Source: Chlamydiales bacterium
GTDB lineage: Bacteria; Chlamydiota; Chlamydiia; Chlamydiales; SM23-39
Assembly: GCA_965261025.1 (NCBI GenBank)
Contig: OZ253438.1
Span: forward strand, 930,001 to 962,000
Direction of reading: 5' to 3'
Length of the DNA: 32,000 nt
Position 1 is the stretch's first letter, and the number at the start of each line of letters is the position of its first letter. A model generated the notes under the pieces. The model saw nothing but the letters and a program-made list of their open reading frames with translations, was not told the origin of the DNA and did no database searches. Positions 1 through 8,449 of this stretch are shown in pieces. Position numbers and translations under genes: made by a program.

Positions 1-1
1 T

Positions 2-649
2 TGCCAGGGAAAGGGAACTCGCTCTTCTCGCGGTATCCAAAGCTGCTCTTCCTGTCACGGAAAAGGGCAAGTTTTTCAAAGTAGGGGTTTTTTTAGCATG
101 TCTTCTACCTGTCCTCATTGTCAGGGATCGGGTGAAATGATCGTAGATCCTTGTTCTGAGTGTCACGGAGCAGGAAGAATAAAGGGGAAAAGAAAAGTCT
201 CTTTATCTATCCCTGCCGGAGTAGATAATGGTATGACGCTAAAAATGAGTGGGCATGGAGATGCAGGAGAACCGGGAGCCCCTCCTGGAGATCTTTATGT
301 ATTCATTGAAGTAAAACCTCATGAGTTTTTCCGAAGAGAAGGAGATGATGTATACTTAGATCTTCCTATCACCTTTGTGGAGGCTACATTAGGAGCCAAA
401 AAAGAAGTACCTTCTCCGAATCAAGAAATTTGCAAGATGATTATCCCGGAAGGTTCTCAGACTGGTAAGGTTTTTCGAGTGCGAGGAAAAGGATTTCCCA
501 ATATTCATGGACATGGAAAAGGAGATCTTTTAGTCCGCATTTCTGTACAAACTCCTCTTCATCTTTCCAAAGAGCAAAAAACGCTTTTGGCTTCTTTTGA
601 AAAAACAGAAACGACTAAGAACTATCCTTATAAAGGGGAATCTTTTTAA
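2..649 (+). CDS. dnaJ: Chaperone DnaJ, C-terminal portion (5' end outside window)
   Basis: The frame of ORF 98..649 stays open back to base 2 (CQGKGTRSSRGIQSCSSCHGKGQ...). This gives four CxxCxGxG zinc-finger repeats (CQGKG, CSSCHGKG, CPHCQGSG, CSECHGAG), followed by DnaJ C-terminal domain-like sequence (GDLYVFIEVKPHEFFRREGDD, GKGDLLVRISVQTP). Confidence 0.9.
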   Translation, partial: CQGKGTRSSRGIQSCSSCHGKGQVFQSRGFFSMSSTCPHCQGSGEMIVDPCSECHGAGRIKGKRKVSLSIPAGVDNGMTLKMSGHGDAGEPGAPPGDLYVFIEVKPHEFFRREGDDVYLDLPITFVEATLGAKKEVPSPNQEICKMIIPEGSQTGKVFRVRGKGFPNIHGHGKGDLLVRISVQTPLHLSKEQKTLLASFEKTETTKNYPYKGESF

Positions 650-698
650 AAGAGAGCATTCCTTCCCCTTCTTAGGAGAAAATCTCTTTTCAAGAATT

Positions 699-730
699 CC
701 TCCTTTTTGTAGAAAACAAAAAAAAGGAGG
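699..730 (+). promoter_or_regulatory. Possible SD-sequestering hairpin upstream of CDS 735..1109
   Basis: CCTCCTTTTT (699..708) is perfectly complementary to AAAAAGGAGG (721..730), with a 12-nt loop. The right arm contains the AAGGAGG Shine-Dalgarno 4 nt upstream of ATG 735. Confidence 0.3.
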
Positions 731-734
731 CTTC

Positions 735-1109
735 ATGAAAGGAGAAGGAGTCGAACTTTCTCGTTTAAAAAAAGAAGGAAGCAAGTATCTTTACCAGGGC
801 AGAAGATGGCGTTTAAACCATCCTGTCCCCTCCACTTCCAAGACAAAAAAGATGATGGTTCTAGCTACAAAAACCATCCAAGGGAAAAGAAAAGCCAAGT
901 TAATCCACTTTGGAGCAAGAGGCTATGGACACAACTATAGTGAAAAAGCCAAAAAAAGCTATCTGGCAAGAAGCGCTAACATCCGCAATAAGGCGGGAGT
1001 TTTAACAAGAACCGATCGATGGAGCGCTAATTATTGGGCTAGAAAAATTCTTTGGCCTAAAAATAAACCAACGAATGGCCCTAGAAAAACAGGGAAAAAG
1101 GCGGCTTAA
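735..1109 (+). CDS. Small, very basic hypothetical protein (124 aa)
   Basis: ATG 735 is preceded by a strong RBS (AAGGAGG, 724..730). The upstream part of track ORF 597..1109 overlaps dnaJ and looks non-coding. The protein is Lys/Arg-rich (KKMMVLATKTIQGKRKAKLIHFGARGYGHNYSEKAKKSYLARS...RWSANYWARKILW). I could not assign a family with confidence. Confidence 0.6.
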   Translation: MKGEGVELSRLKKEGSKYLYQGRRWRLNHPVPSTSKTKKMMVLATKTIQGKRKAKLIHFGARGYGHNYSEKAKKSYLARSANIRNKAGVLTRTDRWSANYWARKILWPKNKPTNGPRKTGKKAA

Positions 1110-2317
1110 AGCCATCCCTTGGTAGCTGCTATCTGTAAAAAAATAATTCCTAAAGAAACTATAATCATAAGAAGAAGAAGGGGCTTGCCTCCAAAAACGA
1201 GAAATTTTACTCTCTTCTTTTCTCTGTATCTTCCATGCCAAACCATTAAAGGAGGTAAGATTCCATAAAGAATCGCAACAAAAACTCCCGCATATCCTAA
1301 AAAAAGCAGAAAACCCTTTGGAAAGAAAAGAGTAAAAGCCATAGGAATTATAAACATGATACCCAGAAGGAGTACTTTTCCCCAGAAAGTCTTCTTAATT
1401 TTGAAACCATCTGCTAAAAAATCAAATAAGCTTAAAGAAACCCCAAAAAAAGAAGTGACCAAGGCAAAAAAAGAAAAAAAGCCTACCAAAATAGAAACCC
1501 AAGGTACCTGCAAAAAGTAATATAAAGATTCTGTTAAGGCCGCTACAGGGTGCGTTTTTTTTGCTAAAGCTTCTAATCCATAAGTTCCTTGTAAGGGTAA
1601 TAACCCAAATATTAAAAACTCCCAGAGTAAATAAAAGATTAGTGGAATGATGCTGCCCCAAATAAGCGCCTTCTTTAAATCTAAAATATTCCCTCGTAAG
1701 TAAGTCCTTAAAGAAGGTACCACAATGTGGGAAGTAAATGAAAGGATTACAATAGGAACCGCAGTCCATATATAACGAATACTCCCCCCCTTCTCCAAAT
1801 GCCTCAAATCCACCAAAGGGCTCACAAATAGAACCAGTCCCAAAAAACAGAGAAAAAGTCCTATGACACAAATCCGATTTACCCGATCTACGCCCTTTAC
1901 TCCAAAGCTTACTAAAAAACCAAATACGGCTAGAAAAAGCCAAATACCTATACTAGAGTCAGATTTTATAGAAAAAACCTCCTCAAAAACGCTTTGAATT
2001 AAAGAGCCTCCTGCCGAAAGATACGCAGCTGCCACGGCATAAAGAAGGAACAAAAAAGAAAACCAAGCTACTATTTCTCCTTTAGGACCTAGTCTTTGCC
2101 TTACCATCGTAATCAGATTGGCATCCCCTTCATTAGAGAATAGATTTGCTTCTAAAAGCAAAAACAAAGAACAAAGCATAAAAGCAAAACAAAGAAGAAA
2201 AAGGAGGAAAGAATAAGAAAATCCCATAGATCCTGTGCTAATAGGAAGAGCGAGCATCCCTGCCCCAATTTGAGTTCCTGCGATTAAAAGAGCGCTACCT
2301 AAAACTTTACTTTTCAT
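1106..2317 (-). CDS. tyrP: Aromatic amino acid (tyrosine/tryptophan) permease, HAAAP family
   Basis: The N-terminus MKSKVLGSALLIAGTQIGAGMLALPISTGSMGF closely resembles E. coli TyrP/Mtr N-termini (..GTTIGAGMLAMP..). About 11 hydrophobic segments, 403 aa. Confidence 0.75.
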   Translation of the reverse strand: MKSKVLGSALLIAGTQIGAGMLALPISTGSMGFSYSFLLFLLCFAFMLCSLFLLLEANLFSNEGDANLITMVRQRLGPKGEIVAWFSFLFLLYAVAAAYLSAGGSLIQSVFEEVFSIKSDSSIGIWLFLAVFGFLVSFGVKGVDRVNRICVIGLFLCFLGLVLFVSPLVDLRHLEKGGSIRYIWTAVPIVILSFTSHIVVPSLRTYLRGNILDLKKALIWGSIIPLIFYLLWEFLIFGLLPLQGTYGLEALAKKTHPVAALTESLYYFLQVPWVSILVGFFSFFALVTSFFGVSLSLFDFLADGFKIKKTFWGKVLLLGIMFIIPMAFTLFFPKGFLLFLGYAGVFVAILYGILPPLMVWHGRYREKKRVKFLVFGGKPLLLLMIIVSLGIIFLQIAATKGWL

Positions 2318-2355
2318 ACTCCCCCTATCATTCTGTAAAATCTAAAAAGACTATC

Positions 2356-3591
2356 CTACGAGTATTTTTTGCGAGAATATATCATAGTTCCTATAGAAAG
2401 GATAGAAGCCACAAGCAAAATAATCTTTGGAGAAAAAATTAAAAAGACCCCTCCTAATAAGCAAATAATCCCATCTCCTAAAACCCGCAAAGAGACCTGA
2501 GTTCCTAATACTTCCCCTTGTATCGAGTCAGAAGAGGCGTCAGAAATTTTTACAGTAAGAAGGGTTACTACAATTCCAATTACTATTCCAATTAGAAAAA
2601 AACAACCCATCATAAGAAGAGGAGAGTCATTTACGAGAATTAAAAATAAAAGAAGAGAAAAACTAAACATAGCCCATAAAGTAGCAAGTCGAGAAGATCC
2701 TCGAGAAGATATAAAAACAGGGAGCCATCCATTACCAAGAATCAGCCCCAAGCAAAGCAGGCCATTGTAAATAATGAGGCTAGAAGGGACCAAAAGCCAT
2801 TTAGCTGTAAGATACACAGGAGCAAATTCATAAAAGATATCCACTCCCAAGGTAAAATAAGTAGAAGCGATCATAAATACCTTCAAAACCTTATTAGAAA
2901 ACAGTCTCTTCAATCTCCCAAATAGGTTGAACTGCTCTTTTAAGGTTTTTCTTTGCGCTAAGGAGGTTCCTTTAGATTTTTCCAATACCCAGAAAGTTAA
3001 AATAGCAAGCAGTAAGGTAAGAACTGCCATGAGATAAAAAGGAGTAGAAGTAGAAAGCCTTCCAAAAATTTGCTTGTCAGCCATAGAGGCTCCCAGCAAG
3101 GGCCCTGTCAGATAGGCCATTGCTGCCGCTGCATTTATTTTTCCAAAAGTCTCTTGCTTAGAAAGGGCCGTAAAGTCCGTGCACATAGCTCTAGCTATAG
3201 CAATGTTGCCTTCCATGAACCCCGCCAAAAATCGGGCTATTATAAGAAGGGCTAGATGGTGTATCTCTACCGAAACTCCCATAACTACACTACAAACAGA
3301 AGTAACAGCCAAGCTTGCAACAAGGAGAGGTTTTCTCCCATACTCATCTGAAAGAGCTCCTAAAATAGGAGCCCCTACAAACTGCCCCAAAGGATATCCA
3401 GATAAGGTAATCCCCAAAAGAACTGCTCGAGCAGTAGTTCCCCACTGCCCTGGTAAAAAAGAATATTCTGGATTTAAAAATAGAGGAGGAAAAATTAAAT
3501 AGGGCATAGATATACCAAAAAAACCCAAAAATACGATGGTCCAGATAAGCCAAAACTGTCTTTTTTGCTGTTTCTTCCCTGACGAGGTCAT
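2356..3591 (-). CDS. MFS transporter (12-TMS, DHA1-like drug/H+ antiporter type)
   Basis: MFS motif A-like GALSDEYGRKPLL after TM2. Polytopic hydrophobic profile, 411 aa. Confidence 0.75.
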   Translation of the reverse strand: MTSSGKKQQKRQFWLIWTIVFLGFFGISMPYLIFPPLFLNPEYSFLPGQWGTTARAVLLGITLSGYPLGQFVGAPILGALSDEYGRKPLLVASLAVTSVCSVVMGVSVEIHHLALLIIARFLAGFMEGNIAIARAMCTDFTALSKQETFGKINAAAAMAYLTGPLLGASMADKQIFGRLSTSTPFYLMAVLTLLLAILTFWVLEKSKGTSLAQRKTLKEQFNLFGRLKRLFSNKVLKVFMIASTYFTLGVDIFYEFAPVYLTAKWLLVPSSLIIYNGLLCLGLILGNGWLPVFISSRGSSRLATLWAMFSFSLLLFLILVNDSPLLMMGCFFLIGIVIGIVVTLLTVKISDASSDSIQGEVLGTQVSLRVLGDGIICLLGGVFLIFSPKIILLVASILSIGTMIYSRKKYS

Positions 3592-3679
3592 AGTGGTAAA
3601 AGTCCCTTACAAGAGGGAATATTGTAAAACAAAAAGCCTATATAGCCCATAGAAAAAATATTTTTCCTACCTAGACTAC

Positions 3680-5134
3680 TTACCTAGGAGAAAAAGGTCT
3701 TTTCTTTAGAAAAAAACTAAGAAAAAAACCTAAAAAGGCTAAAAGAAAAAAGCCCCAAGCGTTATAGCGAATCGCCTGAATAAAGGTTTGCACTACTTCT
3801 TGCCAAGTTTGCCAAGAAAACGACTCCCTTATTACAGAAAAAGGTAACAGCCCTTTTGCTGCACGAGAAAGTAGCGGGGTTTGTGAAAAAGGGGAACGGG
3901 TTGCTACAAAATCTATGATAGCAGTAGTAATAGAGACTCCTAAAGAACAGGCTAGCCAGGCAATAGTAAAAAAAATTCCCGAAGCCCGCCCTAATTTCTC
4001 AAAAGTAACGGAATGTAGAGCCCCTGCAATAGTTGCTACAAAAGAGATAGCAATAGATGCTCCGAAAAATACAAAAGAGATACACAACCATAGCAAAAAC
4101 CAAGAGAAAGGAGCCACAATGAGACAAACAGAGGCTATCATAAAAAAGACCATAGATAGTTGGTTGGGAAATTTATCCCCTGATCGATCAATCCACTTTC
4201 CTGCAAAAGGAGAAATGAGCGTAATGACTAGCATTAAAAAAAGCAAAAAAAGTCCTGTATGCAAAGGGCTAATTCCTAAGATATTTTGTAAAAGCAGAGG
4301 AGCAAAAAAAAGAGTCCCTAAAAAAATAATCTGAGTAACTACTCTTAAAAAATTATTAATAGAAAAATTTCTTTCTAAGAATAGGGTAAAATCAAACGTT
4401 TTTAAAAGAGATTTCTTCTCTCTTCTGTATAAAAGAAAAAAAAGAGCTATACTGACTACCATACCTAATAAAAACTTTCCCGAGAAAGCGCCCCATATAG
4501 AAAGCTGATTTAAAGAAAACGCTAAAATAAATAAGGCAAACATTAAAAAAGCCATTCCTATTTTATCGAACTTTTTATTCCCACTAGGAACAGATTTGCA
4601 AGCAATACAAGCTACCAAAAAACAGAAGACCCCTATGGGAATGTTGATATAAAAAATCCATCTCCATCCTAGAGTATGTAAAAAAAATCCTCCCAAAGGA
4701 GCCCCTATAGCCAAAGCAATACCCATTGACGCTACCGTAAAACTCCTTGCATAGGATTGCTCTTCCTTAGGAAAAGCTTCCGCTAATAAAGTAATAGTCA
4801 AAGGACTAGCTATCCCTATCGATACTCCTTGTAAAGCTCGAAACAAAATCAGCATATTTTCACTAAAAGAGATACCTGCCCCTAAAGAACTTAAGACAAA
4901 TAAAAATAGAGCATATAAGAAGGTCTTTTTATGTCCAAAGGAATCCCCTAAGTGTCCCCCCAAGACTTGTACCATAGAAGCAAAGATGAAAAAGGCATTA
5001 ACCACCCACTGAACACTTACCAGTTTTGCATAAAACTCTTGAGCAATAGCAGGAACTACCATATTTACCACCGTAGCATCGACACCGAGCATTACGGTTA
5101 CAAGACACATACAAACAAGGACCCACCACTTCAT
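3680..5134 (-). CDS. MFS transporter (14-TMS, DHA2 / EmrB-QacA-like)
   Basis: The N-terminus ...LVTVMLGVDATVVNMVVPAIAQEF and GHLGDSFGHKKTF are typical of the DHA2 family. 484 aa with many TM segments. Confidence 0.75.
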   Translation of the reverse strand: MKWWVLVCMCLVTVMLGVDATVVNMVVPAIAQEFYAKLVSVQWVVNAFFIFASMVQVLGGHLGDSFGHKKTFLYALFLFVLSSLGAGISFSENMLILFRALQGVSIGIASPLTITLLAEAFPKEEQSYARSFTVASMGIALAIGAPLGGFFLHTLGWRWIFYINIPIGVFCFLVACIACKSVPSGNKKFDKIGMAFLMFALFILAFSLNQLSIWGAFSGKFLLGMVVSIALFFLLYRREKKSLLKTFDFTLFLERNFSINNFLRVVTQIIFLGTLFFAPLLLQNILGISPLHTGLFLLFLMLVITLISPFAGKWIDRSGDKFPNQLSMVFFMIASVCLIVAPFSWFLLWLCISFVFFGASIAISFVATIAGALHSVTFEKLGRASGIFFTIAWLACSLGVSITTAIIDFVATRSPFSQTPLLSRAAKGLLPFSVIRESFSWQTWQEVVQTFIQAIRYNAWGFFLLAFLGFFLSFFLKKRPFSPR

Positions 5135-5277
5135 AGGATCTCTCTGCCAGATCTTTTTTTAATTGTAAAGAAAGCCTTTTGAGAAAAATCCTAAGAGATC
5201 CTGTGAATTCACTGAGCTTCAAAAACCATCTTATCACAGGATATCTAAGGCTCTTTAGAAAGAAAATAAGAAGATTC

Positions 5278-6429
5278 CTATAAGTTATTCGAGCTATCTT
5301 CTATTAGCTTTATCAAATTTTCAGACCAACTAGAACGAATTCCTAGCATCTTTGTTACAGTCTCAATAGGGACTTTTGGCGTATTTTCTTGAAAAGCCTG
5401 GATTGCAATAGAAAGATCTTTGGCGCTGTTTGCAACTAAGCAGAGCCGGTTCTTTACAAGAATATCTTCATAACATTCATGACCTACTTGAACAGACCCA
5501 ATACCTGCTAGAGCAAACTGGGGCCCCATACTTGTTTGATAGTAGAAAAGAGCATCAGCCAAAACTAAACTGTTCTCTGTAGTCTCTTTTGAAATAAAAA
5601 CCTTAGCAGAGCGTTCATTACTCCCATATCGCCTTATCCACTGCTCAAGAAGCGCTCCATCGGTATTCCTTATTTTTGCCCCAGGATGTTGCTGCAATAT
5701 AACGATAACCTTGGATAAATCCTGCTCACTACTTAGTTCAGCCATAAATCGAAGAAAAGCAGGAAAAGCTTTTGAAAAATAGGCTGTATTATTGCCTCCT
5801 ACATAGACAAATATTTTCTGTTCTTCTTCTACTAGGTTGTGCTCTACAAGAAATTTTTCACGCATTTTAACATGCTCGTAGGCTCTTCTTGTTGCAAGCT
5901 TTTGCGCCTGCTCTAAAGGATAGTATCCTAGCCCTATTTTTCTATCTTCAGGTAAGGACACTCTCTTATGAGGCGTCTTATAAATGGGAGTTTTAGCAAG
6001 ATGTAAATTAGCAAATAAAACCTTATCCGCCTCCTGCATTACTTCGGAAGCTATCTCAGAATACCCCCCAGGTACATAAGGCTCTGGATTATCATAGTAA
6101 GCTATGCGCTTTACTACTGGAGCAACCCTGGCTAATGCCTTTTGAATAGCTAGATCAAAGCTATGCCCCACGTCCGTAATTACTACATCAGCACCTCGAC
6201 ATTTTTTAGCTATTTCCTCCGCTATTTGCTCCTGAGAGTTTTCCTCATCAAGAGAAAACTCTTTTAGTCCTGAAATAGACCATTCTTGAAACTTCTTTAA
6301 AGCAGGACCCGTTGCATAAACCTCAACTGTATAACCCCTACTGGATAAATCCGTAGCATAAGTAGCAAAATGATTAGCCGCTCCCCCATGACAAGCAATA
6401 AAGCAAACTACGGCCGTAAATAACTCCAT
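5278..6429 (-). CDS. Hypothetical protein, two Rossmann-like halves (possible GT-B-type glycosyltransferase-like fold)
   Basis: Long clean ORF (383 aa). The N-terminal beta-strand/Gly-loop VVCFIACHGGAANHF and a second beta-alpha start KIFVYVGGNNTAYF near the middle resemble GT-B architecture. No catalytic motif recognised. Confidence 0.6.
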   Translation of the reverse strand: MELFTAVVCFIACHGGAANHFATYATDLSSRGYTVEVYATGPALKKFQEWSISGLKEFSLDEENSQEQIAEEIAKKCRGADVVITDVGHSFDLAIQKALARVAPVVKRIAYYDNPEPYVPGGYSEIASEVMQEADKVLFANLHLAKTPIYKTPHKRVSLPEDRKIGLGYYPLEQAQKLATRRAYEHVKMREKFLVEHNLVEEEQKIFVYVGGNNTAYFSKAFPAFLRFMAELSSEQDLSKVIVILQQHPGAKIRNTDGALLEQWIRRYGSNERSAKVFISKETTENSLVLADALFYYQTSMGPQFALAGIGSVQVGHECYEDILVKNRLCLVANSAKDLSIAIQAFQENTPKVPIETVTKMLGIRSSWSENLIKLIEDSSNNL

Positions 6430-6844
6430 AAAGCCTCTTAAATAATTTTAGTGTAGGTCCCTCGGAATAAATCCCAGAAAATTCCCAATCAGGGATTTTG
6501 GTCCCAGTCTCCTTTCTTTTCCAGATTTTTTGTCAAAAAAAGGAAAGTTCTAAAATGCGTGTTTTAGAAAATATTTTAAGTAGTAAACTTAGAGATAGTT
6601 ATCCTGTTTTTATAAAAAAAAGCCTCATAAACTGGCTGTTTTTGTCTAAATTCAGCCACTAAACCTAGCTATTTTTTCAAAGAAATAAACTCAACTAAAA
6701 ATTCAGTTTTTCAGTATAAGGTCAATGCATAGAAACTCTAACAGATCAACTTCTGCTAGGTTCTGTGAAGGCATTTGTAAGCAGTTTCAATTATTGTTTC
6801 TCTTTGATAGACTGCGGTTTTTTTTAAATTGAGTAGCTTACTCT

Positions 6845-7303
6845 ATGAGTACAACAAAATTTGCTCTTTCTGAAAAACAACGTTTTAAGATGAAAATGGG
6901 AGTTTTTCTAGTTCTATTCAGCGAGGAAAAGGTTCTTCTGATTAGAACCGGCATTGCTGATGGACGCCATGTTTTCCCGATGGGAGCAGTTAGTTAAAAT
7001 GAGACTGCTATTGAAGCTTTGGTTCGTGAAGCTAAAGAAGAGGTAAATATTACACTGCGCTCACATGCAATTGATTTAGTCCATACGATGCACCGTATGC
7101 ATCACATGCCTGATGGAAGCTCCTTTAAACAAGTTGACCTATTTTTCCAGCCAAATTATTTCTCAGGAGAAATAAAAAATAGGGAGCCACACAAATATGA
7201 TGAAGTAGCATTCTATGCGCTGAATGCTTTGCCTGAGACTACTGAATCATTCATTTGTCAAGCTCTTAGCAACATCACTCAAAATATACCCTACTCTGAG
7301 TAG
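6845..7303 (+). pseudogene. Nudix hydrolase interrupted by one in-frame TAA (6995..6997) inside the Nudix box
   Basis: ATG 6845 and track ORF 7019..7303 are in the same frame. The joined translation reads ...GRHVFPMGAVS*NETAIEALVREAKEEVNI, which fits GX5EX7REUXEEXGU (G-AVS*N-E-TAIEALV-RE-A-K-EE-V-N-I) with the stop at a variable position. Confidence 0.75.
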
Positions 7304-7319
7304 GCTTAGGAGAGATATC

Positions 7320-8123
7320 GTGACTAAAGAGCTGTCTTCAAAAATTTATGAAACTACAGCTAAAAACTATAATATAGGACGCAAAGCGGATCCATTCATA
7401 GTGGAAAGAATAGGAGAAAACCTTCTACAAGATCTAAATGGGGTATATTTAGATGTTGGATGTGGTACTGGGAATTATACAAGTGCTCTAGCTCAACTAG
7501 GTTTTACTATTCAGGGCTTAGATCTATCACCTTCAATGCTTGCAGAAGCAAAAAAATCATTTCCCGAATTGATATGGCATGAGTCAGATATGAGAAATCT
7601 ACCGTTTCCTTCTCAGTCTTTCAATGGAGTTGTTTCAATTAACACTTTGCATTATGTGCGTTATACAATAAATGAAGTGTTTCATGAGATAAAACGAATA
7701 TTAAAACAGCGTGGAAAATTTGTGTTATTTCTAGTGACTTTAGAGCAATCTCTTCAATTTTGGGTAGGTCGCTATTTCCCCTTTTTCTGGGAGCTTGGAA
7801 AGCAAATTCTCATGTCAAGGCAAACAATTCTTGATTCCTTGGATCAAGTGGGATTTAAAAAACTGAAGGTCATTCCTTACTATATAACAGAAACTTCAGA
7901 AGACCTTTACATATATGCTTGTAAATACCGCCCTTATCTACTTCTAGATCCTACAATCCGAGAAGGCATGACCCCTCTACAAAGACCAGAATATCAAGCA
8001 TTAGTATCAGCTGGATGTAGCTTGCTAGCAAAAGACATCAAAACAGGAAAAATTAATGATGTTATCAATGAACATGAATCCGATCTAGGTGAAGGCTTGT
8101 TTATTAGTGCATCTTTAGAATAA
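7320..8123 (+). CDS. Class I SAM-dependent methyltransferase
   Basis: Motif I YLDVGCGTGNYT, then a post-I acidic residue (QGLDLS) and a motif II-like region FNGVVSINTLHYV. GTG 7320 is preceded by AGGAGAG (7308..7314). The alternative start ATG 7224 would overlap the Nudix gene by 80 nt. Confidence 0.8.
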   Translation: MTKELSSKIYETTAKNYNIGRKADPFIVERIGENLLQDLNGVYLDVGCGTGNYTSALAQLGFTIQGLDLSPSMLAEAKKSFPELIWHESDMRNLPFPSQSFNGVVSINTLHYVRYTINEVFHEIKRILKQRGKFVLFLVTLEQSLQFWVGRYFPFFWELGKQILMSRQTILDSLDQVGFKKLKVIPYYITETSEDLYIYACKYRPYLLLDPTIREGMTPLQRPEYQALVSAGCSLLAKDIKTGKINDVINEHESDLGEGLFISASLE

Positions 8124-8396
8124 AGGCACTGTCAGGTCTTTTTAGGAAGACATTTAGCCATTTCTTCGGCAATTCGCTGTCATTTCAATTTGATCTATCT
8201 CTAATCCTCATCCATAGCCCCCGCATGAAGAATCTCAATAAAGATCAATCATAAATGTTATGTCCCCAAGGAATTTGGGCAACAGCTGTTGCCCAATTTT
8301 CGTCAGGGTAACTGTCAGCAAATTGCCTCATAATATTAGACTTCTTTCGAAACTAAAATTTTGATGCGTCAGTTCTGTAAAATTTCTTCTTTTACC
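8124..8396 (-). pseudogene. Remnant of a DUF1016/YhcG-like (PDDEXK nuclease family) gene, multiply frameshifted
   Basis: Minus-strand fragments in different frames: ..ELTHQNFSFERSLIL*, MRQFADSYPDENWATAVAQIPWGHNIYD*, and ..GLEIDQIEMTANCRRNG*. They resemble, from memory, the conserved GFSxRNLxYMRQFxxxYPD...QIPWGHN...GWSRxxLxxQIE..R motifs of DUF1016 proteins. Confidence 0.4.
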
Positions 8397-8449
8397 TTTT
8401 AAAAAAATCTTAACACTTCTACGATCACCCCTCACTTTTTGAGGTTTTT

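Noticed and set aside
597-734. N-terminal 46 codons of track ORF 597..1109 overlapping dnaJ
   Set aside because: It overlaps the dnaJ 3' end and has no RBS. A strong AAGGAGG precedes the internal ATG 735, so the shorter CDS is preferred.
1422-1943. 173-aa ORF in a different reading frame on the same (minus) strand, inside tyrP. Similar non-genic ORFs inside real genes: 3179..3502, 3915..4334, 3070..3255 and 4952..5182 (antisense to the MFS genes), and 3344..3553 and 4998..5237 (same strand, other frame).
   Set aside because: All lie inside well-supported membrane transporter genes, either in another frame or on the opposite strand. Their translations are low-complexity and Ser/Phe/Lys/Arg-rich. 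They are typical shadow ORFs of AT-rich coding DNA.
5135-5277. GTGAATTCAC palindrome and a 9-bp inverted repeat ATCCTGTGA...TCACAGGAT between two minus-strand genes
   Set aside because: The arms are separated by ~32 nt and there is no U-tract or known consensus (it only loosely resembles TGTGA-N6-TCACA). Support is insufficient to call a site.
6555-6662. 35-codon ORF MRVLENILSSKLRDSYPVFIKKSLINWLFLSKFSH in the long 6430..6844 gap
   Set aside because: No RBS, no recognisable motif, and too short to support. The gap otherwise shows no transposase, integrase or att-like remnant that I could read.
7224-7319. Upstream extension of the methyltransferase ORF
   Set aside because: It overlaps the Nudix C-terminus by 80 nt in another frame. 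GTG 7320 with an AGGAGAG RBS fits better. This remains uncertain because GTG starts are less common.
8275-8296. Perfect 22-bp palindrome TTGGGCAACAGCTGTTGCCCAA followed by TTTT (terminator- or operator-like)
   Set aside because: It lies inside the DUF1016-like remnant (coding ..NWATAVAQ.. on the minus strand), about 150 nt from the nearest gene end. With no loop it makes a weak terminator. It is probably coincidental, though an operator role cannot be excluded.
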